This document shows positions 25,627-34,078 of a DNA stretch of 64,000 bases, piece by piece (position 1 is the stretch's first letter; each line of letters starts with the position of its first letter). The stretch lies in NCBI GenBank assembly GCA_022451235.1, contig JAKUOA010000001.1:40401-104400 (forward strand), in the 5' to 3' direction. The position numbers and the translations under genes were made by a program. The notes beneath the pieces were generated by a model. The model saw nothing but the letters and a program-made list of their open reading frames with translations, did no database searches and was not told the DNA's origin. The stretch comes from Candidatus Thalassarchaeum sp. Its GTDB lineage: Archaea > Thermoplasmatota > Poseidoniia > Poseidoniales > Thalassarchaeaceae.

Positions 25627-26478
25627 TCAAACGATTTCGTCGGAAATAACGACTCCACTGTCGAGTCTGATTATTCTTGTTGCATATTTTGTAAGCGATT
25701 CATCATGAGTAACAAAAACAGTAGTGATATTCTCTGCTTCACAGGCTTTGACTAGTACTTCCATGACCATCGAAGAGGTCTTTGTATCTAGGTTGCCAGT
25801 TAATTCGTCTCCCAGTAATAACTTAGGCCTCTTTGCTAAACTTCTAGCAATAGCAACACGTTGTTGTTGCCCTCCACTAATCTCTGTAGGGAAACGATCT
25901 ACTTCTTCTTCTAAACCAACGAGGGCCAGTAATTCTCTCGCACGATTCTCATCTCGTCCTCCAGCCAATTCCTGAATCAACAGAATGTTTTCAAGCACGG
26001 TTAGGTCTTGTAACAGGTTAAAAAATTGGAATACATAACCAATATTTTCTCTTCGGAAAGAGGTGGCTTCTTCACTAGCCTTAGCTAGAGGCTTAGAGTA
26101 AGTGAAATAATGTAACGGATAGAAAAGCAAGCGCAGAGGAACATTGTTGAAATAACGGAATATTTCTGCGATTCTGTTGAATCTACCCAAGCCTTTGAGA
26201 GGAGGAATGGGGTTCCACCATCTTGGTATAATTTCTGGAGTTCGAGGTACATCTTTGCCTGCAAAACTGTATTGTCCAGCAGTCGGACTGTCTAATGCAG
26301 CTATGCAATTTAGTAGGGTTGTTTTTCCGGAACCCGAAGGGCCTAGAAGGATAATTCGTTCGCCTTCCTTGACTTGTAAATCAACTCCATCGAGGGCCTT
26401 TACGGTGCCAGAAACCATCTCATAATATCGTTTCATTCCTTCAATTTCTACTAGATTATCTATCATATTCTTCACCAA
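25627..26478 (-). CDS. ABC transporter ATP-binding protein (MacB/LolD-like) with a roughly 55-aa insertion
   Basis: Walker A GPSGSGKTT, Q-loop YVFQFFNLL, signature SGGQQQRVAIARS, Walker B LLLGDELTGNLD and H-loop VTHD. There is extra sequence between Walker A and the Q-loop. Confidence 0.92.
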   Translation of the reverse strand: MVKNMIDNLVEIEGMKRYYEMVSGTVKALDGVDLQVKEGERIILLGPSGSGKTTLLNCIAALDSPTAGQYSFAGKDVPRTPEIIPRWWNPIPPLKGLGRFNRIAEIFRYFNNVPLRLLFYPLHYFTYSKPLAKASEEATSFRRENIGYVFQFFNLLQDLTVLENILLIQELAGGRDENRARELLALVGLEEEVDRFPTEISGGQQQRVAIARSLAKRPKLLLGDELTGNLDTKTSSMVMEVLVKACEAENITTVFVTHDESLTKYATRIIRLDSGVVISDEIV

Positions 26479-26499
26479 GTTTAACCTATTTTTGGTATC

Positions 26500-28623
26500 T
26501 TAAATTGAATCAGATGAGCCAGCGAAGAATGCCATAGACTCACGGAACAATTCTTCTCTACGCTTCTTCTTGTTGCGACGCAGATGCATCAATGTAAATC
26601 CAATTGCGAGTAAAATCACAAATGGAATGAATGCTTCTGCGTGGTATCTTTCCATGAATTCTATAATCCCCTTGGCGGTATATGCCCAAGTGAGAGATGC
26701 TGCAGTACCTCCCATCAAACAAGCCGCCAATACCCTTTGGAAGCGCATTCTAGCAACAAGTCCTAACATAGCACCAACTAGGACTCCGCTTGCCATGAAG
26801 GGTATCCAAACGAAGACGATAAGGAACCAGAATCCATACTTCTCAATTCTATCCTGATTCTTATTTGCAATATATTCTACACCAGATAGAATATCTCCCA
26901 TGAATGGATTTTGTAGTAACGTTCCAGTTATTCCGCCCTGTCGTGCAACAAGTGCCTCACCAACCAATTCTTCTTTTCCGTCATTTGGTACTACGGCTGC
27001 GGGAATAAGACCTCCAATGACGCCATCCGATAGTGCGCCCTTGCGTGCTATTCCATAGGCGCCCAATGTTGGATCTTCTACTCTACCTGCCATCGCCCTA
27101 TCCGAAAGTGTAGCCTTCTCATTTCGAGCGCTTACAATCAACACCTTCCCGTCAAGATACTTCTGTAAATCATTGCTTAAGTGAGCATGTAGATCCTCTT
27201 GCATATCCTGATATGTAGGCTTGAATAGGAAATAGGTAAACCGTGTAACTGGTTTGTAAATTACTCTAACAAATACTGCATCTTCATCAGACAACACAGC
27301 AGTCCCATAATCTACCAAATCATGTTTCTTGAACCAGCGATTTAGGCTGTTGTTCGCAGCCACCTCTAACCAGCCATATGCACTCATATTGACGAAGAAA
27401 TCAGAATAATCTTCCATTAAAACAGGTATTTCTCCTAAGGCCAATGAACGTCTATTTCCTTCGTGAGATTCATGAGTTCCTTCATCTACACAGACAATTT
27501 TCATCTGAAGTGGTTTCATTTCTCCAAATACGGCGAACTCCTCAAGCAGACTCTTTGTTAATACAGCGCGGATATCTGATGGTTGTTCAATTGTAGTAGA
27601 GCGAGTAGTGTAGGGTACGATGACATCTATCGAAATTGTTCTCAATTGCATCTTTAGTTTATCAACATCGATGTCAATATGCAACTTTTCTGTAGACTGT
27701 CGTAAAGTTCGACTGATCAGTCTAGTAAGTTGTTTGTCATTCAATATATCATCTGTATCACGATGATACATCTTGTGCATCAGAGGATATTGTACACAGA
27801 GGAAAAACAGCGACATTCCAAGAGATACCATTGCCATCCACCATGCTGGGATACCGGCACTTCCACCCGTTAGCATAGCTGCCTCACGACCACCTACCCA
27901 TTCGGCGCCCATCATTATCCATCCCCAATTACCCAAACCTTGAATCGTCCAACAGGAGCGAGGGTCGTCATCGATAATTTCTACATGAGCGGAATTTTCT
28001 ATTTCGAATGATTTGCTTTCTAGGTTAACTCCGGAAGAGTCCACCAATAACAGTAATTCTTCCTGGCTCATATCTTCTAAACTAGACTCAGTAGTAACTT
28101 GCCAAATTGATACAGATGCGTTGTAATGACCTTTTTCTAAATCATCTGGATCGTATTCCAGTTCTTGGTCGCCAAAGCCACCTTGGAGTAAAGTAATCGA
28201 TTCAGCTTCCGAAATCACAATTACAATCCCGATTACTGTTTGAATTTCAGGATCGACATTATGAGAAATTACCTTGATTACGTGTCCTTCAACATCGTAG
28301 AAGACATTGAACCAAACTTCACCTCTCTTGTCAACACATTCATCCCCTGGGTCTAGAGGTGTGGCTGAAAGGGTCTTGTCAATTACAATTGAGTCAGATG
28401 CAACCCAACCTGATGACATGACGAAGACCCCACCAAAGAATACGGCCCCGATAATTATCCCAGTAAGTAGAGTGTAGTCTTCGAAGGCTCCACGAAAGAA
28501 TCTCTTGTCACCTTCACGCCGAGCACGAATCAAGTCTAGCTCTCTGTCGAGACTGCCCTTCTCAGTCTCCTCGGGTAGCCCCGCCTCAGTCACGGTGCGA
28601 AAAGACAAGGGGCGGGTCATCAA
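26500..28623 (-). CDS. Large membrane protein of unknown function with a C-terminal small-multidrug-export-like (PF06695-like) 4-TM module
   Basis: 707 aa with TM segments near residues 50-70 and 255-285 and in the last ~120 residues (FWFLIVFVWIPFMASGVLVGAMLGLVARM...). The C-terminal family call is from memory. The rest has no recognisable motif. Confidence 0.55.
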   Translation of the reverse strand: MMTRPLSFRTVTEAGLPEETEKGSLDRELDLIRARREGDKRFFRGAFEDYTLLTGIIIGAVFFGGVFVMSSGWVASDSIVIDKTLSATPLDPGDECVDKRGEVWFNVFYDVEGHVIKVISHNVDPEIQTVIGIVIVISEAESITLLQGGFGDQELEYDPDDLEKGHYNASVSIWQVTTESSLEDMSQEELLLLVDSSGVNLESKSFEIENSAHVEIIDDDPRSCWTIQGLGNWGWIMMGAEWVGGREAAMLTGGSAGIPAWWMAMVSLGMSLFFLCVQYPLMHKMYHRDTDDILNDKQLTRLISRTLRQSTEKLHIDIDVDKLKMQLRTISIDVIVPYTTRSTTIEQPSDIRAVLTKSLLEEFAVFGEMKPLQMKIVCVDEGTHESHEGNRRSLALGEIPVLMEDYSDFFVNMSAYGWLEVAANNSLNRWFKKHDLVDYGTAVLSDEDAVFVRVIYKPVTRFTYFLFKPTYQDMQEDLHAHLSNDLQKYLDGKVLIVSARNEKATLSDRAMAGRVEDPTLGAYGIARKGALSDGVIGGLIPAAVVPNDGKEELVGEALVARQGGITGTLLQNPFMGDILSGVEYIANKNQDRIEKYGFWFLIVFVWIPFMASGVLVGAMLGLVARMRFQRVLAACLMGGTAASLTWAYTAKGIIEFMERYHAEAFIPFVILLAIGFTLMHLRRNKKKRREELFRESMAFFAGSSDSI

Positions 28624-28682
28624 CCCGCCGGTCTTGCAATCCGAGTTCCTACGGAACTCGTCATAAGTGACTAATTGTGAAT

Positions 28683-31130
28683 TCAGTCTCTTCGACTAGC
28701 TATAGCTGCACCTAGAAGAGCCAGAGCGCCAAGTATTGCACCAAACCCGGGCAATACAGGTGGCATAGCTGCTGATTCTGATGAATACTGGGACGCATAG
28801 GTGTCGTAAATTTCCATCTTGTCAATCTCTTCACCATCATAATCGCCCCATTCAACCGACATCTCATCTCCAGGTGAGACAAGTCCGTCACCATCGTGAT
28901 CAGTGTAAGTAATCGTAACACCTTCCGCTTCTCCACCGTTTAGTGGAATGCTGAATTCGTTTGTGCAGGTGCTTAGATCTGGCTGAATCATTTGATCCTC
29001 TTCCTCATCGTACTCCTCCTCACAGTCGCTGAGGAAGTGAACTTCAAAGTCGGTGATTGGAGCATTAAGTGTCTGATTCTCTGCGACAAATCCGGTAGCG
29101 TCATTTCGCTCCATACCATGGCCATCATCATCACCATCGTCGCCATCATCACTGTCTACCATCATATCGTAAAGAGGCTCGAATTCATAATAATCCAGAC
29201 CGCCGCTTTCATCATTGTCATACATGTCAAACATGTCATGAACACCATCCTGATCTTCATCAGGAATTTCACCATCGTGAGCATCTATGAATTCGGTTGC
29301 TGTAAGATGCCCGTCACCATCGGTATCAAAGTGATTGAAAAAGTCATCCAGACTCGGAGTGTTTTCATCATTAGGCATCATTCCGACTAGGTTATCGATG
29401 AAGCACTGCATTTCATTGATATCAATGAGATCTGAGGGAGCATCGTAGTCGCACAACTCAATCAAATCCTCTACGTCCTCAGTTGTTAGGAAGGATTGGT
29501 CTGAGTCTATCGGCGCGTCCGGATTTTCATTGTTCCAGTATGTAACAAACTCTTCTTGAGACATGTTGCCATCTCCATCTGAGTCAGCCATATACATTGC
29601 ATCCTCAGGTGATGGTGGTCCATCGTCATCGTCGTGTCCATCTTCTCCATCCTCCGAACCTGACCACTCGTCTCCGTCCGCAGAGTACTCGAATTCCTCG
29701 CTCTGTCCGAAGTCGTCAGTGCAGTGCCAGTCTGAGTCATGGTGCTCACAGTAATACCACCATGTGTCCCAGTACTCATCGTCCTGAGATTCCTTACACC
29801 ACCATCTAGTATCATCACCATCTGGATCGCCTTCCCATTCACAGTAGCCGTCATAATAACTGTTCCAACTGATATGATTGCCATCATCATGGTGGTCGTC
29901 GTCACCGTGGTCGTCGTGGTCGTCATCATCGAACATCTCAGAATCTACCCACATGAATGTGGTGCATTCCTCCTCGGACATCCCCTCTAACTGAACGTGA
30001 GTATGACTATTGTAACAGCCAGTGAATGGCTCGTCAGAGTGGGGTGAATCGTAGTCCTCTAGATACATCCATGAGTAGCAAGTGTCCTGGTCCGCATCTG
30101 TAATGTAATCTCCGTAGGAATTCCAGCAGACCATCTCTGGTTCAGGCTCATCGGAGCCGTCTTCACAATCAGCGTATCCATCGTCGACCCAATCCATCGG
30201 AATTGTCTCCCCTGATCCACAGACAAATTCATCCTCACCTGCGAAATCTAACCAAACTGGAATCGAGGTTTTTGGAAGAGTCTCATCCACCTCGATGACT
30301 ATTGCATCTCCCCACATCACTTCGTAAGTTATTGATGAGGTCGCAGAGCCGTTTTCGGTTTCAATGCTCATGGACATAAGGTCTTGATTCTGATCTATGT
30401 GAATGGTCATAGTAATCTCTGCTCCACCCTCCGTATACTCCATTGTCATTGTCTGGGTTTCCATATCATCACTCATAGTGATTGTAATTACTGCGTCTTC
30501 TGGTAAGCCACCATCATCATCATCATCCCCATCATCATCACCTCCGTCATTGAAGAGTCCGCCTTCATTGAAGAGTCCGCCCTGTTCTGCGATTACCTCC
30601 AAAACATTGGGAGTTGCATCTCGAGTTTGGTAGGAGCCGGTTGTTGCCTCTCCTTGAACCATCATTCCGCCCACCAACAGGTGGACATTGACAACCTCGC
30701 CGACCTGCACATGAGTATATTCCATTTGCAATAACCCTGCAATTGAAATTGAGTTGTGAACATAGACTGAGTCATTGTCAAGATCCGCCATTACAATGTC
30801 CTCTATCTCGACATCCATCTGCATCCCCAAATCTTGGTTCCACTCGCTCGATGAAATCGACTGAGAGTATCCTGCCTTCGGACTCTCTTCTAGCATATCT
30901 TCGATACTTCCCATATCAGTCATGGCCTCGATGAAAGTCTCCGTGGTGGCTATGTAAATACAGTCTCCAACTAACTCGGCCGTGGCGTTTTCTTCGTAAT
31001 TGGCTGCATTCTCGTCCATACATCCTAAGACATCGTCAACAAGTTCTTCCAAATCTTCACCAGAAAGGCAACCTGCCATTGGAGTGGCTATCAAAATTAG
31101 GCTAGCGAGTAAGGCATACGCGCGATTCAT
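28683..31130 (-). CDS. Highly acidic secreted Ca-binding surface protein: lipobox-like signal, EF-hand loops, LDLa-like motif, PGF-CTERM anchor
   Basis: N-terminus MNRAYALLASLILIATPMAGCLSGE. EF-hand loops DSDGDGNMSQEEF, DTDGDGHLTATEF and DNDESGGLDYYEF. LDLa-like motif CGSGETIPMDWVDDGYADCEDGSDE. C-terminus PPVLPGFGAILGALALLGAAIASRRD is PGF-CTERM. Confidence 0.8.
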   Translation of the reverse strand: MNRAYALLASLILIATPMAGCLSGEDLEELVDDVLGCMDENAANYEENATAELVGDCIYIATTETFIEAMTDMGSIEDMLEESPKAGYSQSISSSEWNQDLGMQMDVEIEDIVMADLDNDSVYVHNSISIAGLLQMEYTHVQVGEVVNVHLLVGGMMVQGEATTGSYQTRDATPNVLEVIAEQGGLFNEGGLFNDGGDDDGDDDDDGGLPEDAVITITMSDDMETQTMTMEYTEGGAEITMTIHIDQNQDLMSMSIETENGSATSSITYEVMWGDAIVIEVDETLPKTSIPVWLDFAGEDEFVCGSGETIPMDWVDDGYADCEDGSDEPEPEMVCWNSYGDYITDADQDTCYSWMYLEDYDSPHSDEPFTGCYNSHTHVQLEGMSEEECTTFMWVDSEMFDDDDHDDHGDDDHHDDGNHISWNSYYDGYCEWEGDPDGDDTRWWCKESQDDEYWDTWWYYCEHHDSDWHCTDDFGQSEEFEYSADGDEWSGSEDGEDGHDDDDGPPSPEDAMYMADSDGDGNMSQEEFVTYWNNENPDAPIDSDQSFLTTEDVEDLIELCDYDAPSDLIDINEMQCFIDNLVGMMPNDENTPSLDDFFNHFDTDGDGHLTATEFIDAHDGEIPDEDQDGVHDMFDMYDNDESGGLDYYEFEPLYDMMVDSDDGDDGDDDGHGMERNDATGFVAENQTLNAPITDFEVHFLSDCEEEYDEEEDQMIQPDLSTCTNEFSIPLNGGEAEGVTITYTDHDGDGLVSPGDEMSVEWGDYDGEEIDKMEIYDTYASQYSSESAAMPPVLPGFGAILGALALLGAAIASRRD

Positions 31131-31188
31131 TGAACGATTGCAGGAAAACCCCCCTTATCAACACAATGTCGGCGTATTAGATGAAAAA

Positions 31189-31273
31189 TGGTGCAGGGGA
31201 CAGGATTTGAACCTGCGAAGCACTACGCACTGGGACCTAAACCCAGCCCCTTTGACCGCTCGGGAACCCCTGC
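31189..31273 (-). tRNA. tRNA-Leu (anticodon UAG), class II with long variable arm, CCA encoded
   Basis: The reverse complement is GCAGGGGTTCCCGAGCGGTCAAAGGGGCTGGGTTTAGGTCCCAGTGCGTAGTGCTTCGCAGGTTCAAATCCTGTCCCCTGCACCA. The 7-bp acceptor is GCAGGGG/CCCCTGC. The anticodon stem is CTGGG/CCCAG with loop TTTAGGT. The T-loop is TTCAAAT and the variable region is 13 nt. Confidence 0.88.
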
Positions 31274-31377
31274 TTAACATCCGGCCGTAAACTCAAGGTC
31301 AAGAATCCAACGGTAGCCAGTTCTTACCCCAAAGAGGTGATAACGGGAGCATTGGGCGATGCGATTCAGGGGTGCAC

Positions 31378-32388
31378 ATGTCACGCATAGGTGTTCTTGG
31401 ACTGGGCAATTGGGGTACTGCACTAGCAAAGGTCTGGTGTGAAGACGGGCACAATGTGATGGGTTGGACAATCGAAGCAGAAGTATACGAGTCCTTGATG
31501 ACCAGCAATATCAACGAAAAGTACCTACCAGGACACGAGATTCAGAGTCTAGACTCCACCATGGAATTGTCCGATGTTACAGATACTTGCGAGATTCTTG
31601 TCTTAGCACTACCCAGTGGTGTAATTCTCTCAGTTGTTAATGAACTGATTCCTTTACTTCGCCCTTCTCATGTTTTGATTGATCTGGCGAAAGGATTAGC
31701 TCCAACATCGGAGAGTGAATCTGGTATGATTTCTCGTGAGATTGAAGACCGACTTTCCGCTGCAGGTAAATCCAATCCTGTGGTTGTACTAACTGGCCCT
31801 ACAATCGCTCCCGAAGTAGCTCGAGGAGTAATGACGACTGCCCTAGTTGCCTGCCATGATAGATCGGTTGCCGATAGAATCGCAGAGCGACTTTCGACTG
31901 AATCACTGGTTCTTACCGCAACGAATGATGTTGAAGGTGCAGAATTATGGGGCGCTTACAAGAACACGGTTGCCCTTGCTTGTGGTTTAGTCGATGGTCT
32001 AAGAGACGGAATAGGCGGTGACAATCTCAAAGCAGCCCTGGTTCTCGCAGGATTCTCAGAAGGGATTACTCTCCTAGACGCAATGGGTGCAAATTCCGGA
32101 ACAGCCTTTGGACCCGCTGGAATCGGAGACTTGTACGTGACTGCAACTAGTCCACGCTCAAGAAACCGAACGCTAGGAGAAAAACTTGGTTCTGGAAAAT
32201 CTCTCGAACAGGCTCTCGCAGAGATGCATATGGTGGCTGAAGGAGTTAGAGCGACTAGGATGTTCCTTAACCGAGCAGAGAGATTAGAAATTGAGGTACC
32301 TTTCCTTTCAGCCTTGGGTAACCTCCTTGATGGAGAGGAAGAAGTTTCAACTGCTGTTCGACGAATGGTCGAAGCTTATGGTGTATAA
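31378..32388 (+). CDS. gpsA: NAD(P)H-dependent glycerol-3-phosphate dehydrogenase
   Basis: IGVLGLGNWGTALAKV (Rossmann fold), NEKYLPG, LTGPTIAPEVARG, AYKNTVALACGL and GIGDLYVTATSPRSRNRTLGEKLGSG match bacterial GpsA block for block. ATG 31378, with GTG 31372 also in frame. Confidence 0.9.
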   Translation: MSRIGVLGLGNWGTALAKVWCEDGHNVMGWTIEAEVYESLMTSNINEKYLPGHEIQSLDSTMELSDVTDTCEILVLALPSGVILSVVNELIPLLRPSHVLIDLAKGLAPTSESESGMISREIEDRLSAAGKSNPVVVLTGPTIAPEVARGVMTTALVACHDRSVADRIAERLSTESLVLTATNDVEGAELWGAYKNTVALACGLVDGLRDGIGGDNLKAALVLAGFSEGITLLDAMGANSGTAFGPAGIGDLYVTATSPRSRNRTLGEKLGSGKSLEQALAEMHMVAEGVRATRMFLNRAERLEIEVPFLSALGNLLDGEEEVSTAVRRMVEAYGV

Positions 32389-32397
32389 TTTCCAAGT

Positions 32398-33285
32398 TCA
32401 ATTTCGAGTCCAAGATGGAATGAATACATCTCTCCAATTCGGAGTTGCAAGATATTCTTCCTCGGTAAAGAATGACCTTGCATAAATCGAAATAAAGTCG
32501 ATAATTAGAACAACAATGTAGATAATAATCAGGTATGCAAATACCTTGTCATATTGTAAAAATCTAAGATACAGATCGATGTAATATCCAATTCCTCCTG
32601 CACCGACAATGCCGATTACAGTACCAGAACGGAAATTATATTCAAACATGAATATCGAGTGAGAAATTAGATCATTTGCGGCTTCAGGAATAACTACGTT
32701 AACTGCTACTTCCCAACGACTCAAGCCTATTGCATTCGCCGCATCCAAAGGAGTTTTTGTCAGACCCTCAATTGATTCATACTGTAATTTTCCAAGATAT
32801 CCTACGGTGTAAATTGTCATTGCCAGAACGCCAGCTAATGGACCTAAGCCGACTAGAATAACCAAGAAAATAGCCCAAATCAATGCTGGAAGACTCCTGC
32901 ATGCTGAGATAAGAAAGCGGGTAGGGTAAGATATCCATCGCGGGCTTAAATTTCTTGAAGCCATGATTGACAAAGGTAATGTTACAACCATACCAAATAC
33001 AGTTGCAACAAACGCAATCTTTAGCGTCTCAATAACTCCCTTCCAAGCGGTTGAGCAAGTGAAATCGAAAATTGGTTGGGCAGTACAAACAGGGTATGTT
33101 TGAGGCTCTAGAACGCTCATATCTGGTGGCCAAAGAGACTGAAAGAAGAATCTGACAAGATTATCTGGGCCACCTGCTAATCTACCCCAGTCGCCAACCA
33201 TTCCGTTTAGAATTACAATTGCAAGCAAAAGGAGAATCCATAGCACCAGAGCCATCTTTTCGCCATCTACTGCTATCTTCTTCAT
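32398..33285 (-). CDS. phnE: ABC importer permease, PhnE-like
   Basis: 295 aa with 6 TM helices. The EAA-like loop is DAANAIGLSRWEVAVNVVIPEAANDLISHS. The start overlaps the stop of the upstream ATPase by 4 nt. Confidence 0.8.
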   Translation of the reverse strand: MKKIAVDGEKMALVLWILLLLAIVILNGMVGDWGRLAGGPDNLVRFFFQSLWPPDMSVLEPQTYPVCTAQPIFDFTCSTAWKGVIETLKIAFVATVFGMVVTLPLSIMASRNLSPRWISYPTRFLISACRSLPALIWAIFLVILVGLGPLAGVLAMTIYTVGYLGKLQYESIEGLTKTPLDAANAIGLSRWEVAVNVVIPEAANDLISHSIFMFEYNFRSGTVIGIVGAGGIGYYIDLYLRFLQYDKVFAYLIIIYIVVLIIDFISIYARSFFTEEEYLATPNWRDVFIPSWTRN

Positions 33286-33992
33286 GAATTCAACACCACA
33301 GCTTTTGGTTTGGTAATGAATGGATTCACTCTTCCATCATCAATAACTAGGAGGCGATTTGCCATTGACTTGGCTCTAGAAATATCATGCTCGACAACGA
33401 TTAATGCTGAATTATTATCTCTCACGTAGCTTGTCACGCTTTCCAAAACCATAGCCAATGTTTCTTCGTCTAATTCACTCAAAAATTCATCTGCTAGAAT
33501 TAATCTTGGTCGCTGAGCCAATGTTCTGGCCGTTGCGACTCTTCTCTGTTGGCCACCGGACAATCTCCTAATTGGTTCTCTTGACTTTTCCTTAAGCCCC
33601 ATTTGTTGAATTGCATTGGTAACTCGTTCCTTTCTTTCCTTCCTATCATTAGTTCCAGCTCGAGCACCCAACATTACATTGTGCCTAACACTTGCATGAC
33701 GAACTAAACCCAATTTTTGTGGAATATACCCTAGTGCGCCACGGAGAGGTTTCGAGGGAATTTCTGCACCACACACTGTGATCGAACCGGAAATTGGACG
33801 TATTAGTCCCGCAATTGTACCAAGTAAAGTGGACTTCCCGATACCAGAAGGGCCCGCTATGGCCACTATTTCACCAGGGAATATTTCGAGATTGGGAATA
33901 CTGACTAAGGGTGATTCAGTTTCATATCCGATTACTACATCTTCGAGGGAGACAATCGGATTTTCTGAACCCATACCCTCGGACAACTCCAA
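33282..33992 (-). CDS. phnC: ABC importer ATP-binding protein, PhnC-like
   Basis: Walker A GPSGIGKSTLL, Q-loop YIPQKLGL, signature LSGGQQRRVATART, Walker B LILADEFLSELD and H-loop VEHD. The ORF opens at TTG 33992. ATG 33974 (MGSENPIV) is a likely alternative start. Confidence 0.85.
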   Translation of the reverse strand: MELSEGMGSENPIVSLEDVVIGYETESPLVSIPNLEIFPGEIVAIAGPSGIGKSTLLGTIAGLIRPISGSITVCGAEIPSKPLRGALGYIPQKLGLVRHASVRHNVMLGARAGTNDRKERKERVTNAIQQMGLKEKSREPIRRLSGGQQRRVATARTLAQRPRLILADEFLSELDEETLAMVLESVTSYVRDNNSALIVVEHDISRAKSMANRLLVIDDGRVNPFITKPKAVVLNS

Positions 33993-34005
33993 AGCCCCCT
34001 TGTAA

Positions 34006-34021
34006 TTTAGGCGGCCCTAAA
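34006..34021. promoter_or_regulatory. Palindromic box A, TTTAGGCGGCCCTAAA (TTTAGG-N4-CCTAAA), upstream of phnC
   Basis: Perfect 6-bp inverted arms. Lies 14-30 nt upstream of the phnC ORF start, next to an AT-rich TATA-like ATATAT (34024-34030). One of four copies in 5 kb. Confidence 0.6.
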
Positions 34022-34078
34022 CCAATATATGGTATTGATGGGTTTAGTGATAACAAAATATCTTACGAATCAGATAAC

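Noticed and set aside
29500-30600. Highly repetitive GAT/GAC/GGT-rich DNA and several long alternative-frame ORFs (for example 29507-29929 with poly-Thr, and 29739-29990 with poly-Val). Considered as a possible repeat array or overlapping genes.
   Set aside because: These are frame shadows of the poly-Asp/Gly/His coding sequence of the acidic surface protein. There is no spacer-repeat periodicity, and the translated alternative frames are homopolymeric nonsense.
31189-31273. tRNA-Leu as a possible integration site for a genomic island, given the accessory-looking surface and iron genes on both sides. The tRNA also contains GGACCTAAACCC, which resembles half of the palindromic box.
   Set aside because: No integrase, direct repeat of the tRNA 3-prime end or mobile-element gene is visible within the window. 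The CCTAAA string is simply part of the anticodon arm.
34035-34046. An identical 12-mer TTGATGGGTTTA (17 of 19 with flanks) lies upstream of phnC (34035-34046) and upstream of the giant surface-protein gene (53049-53060). It could be a shared promoter element.
   Set aside because: Roughly 10^2 chance 12-mer identities are expected among all position pairs in a 64-kb window. The two copies also sit at different distances from their start codons. There is not enough support without genome-wide data.
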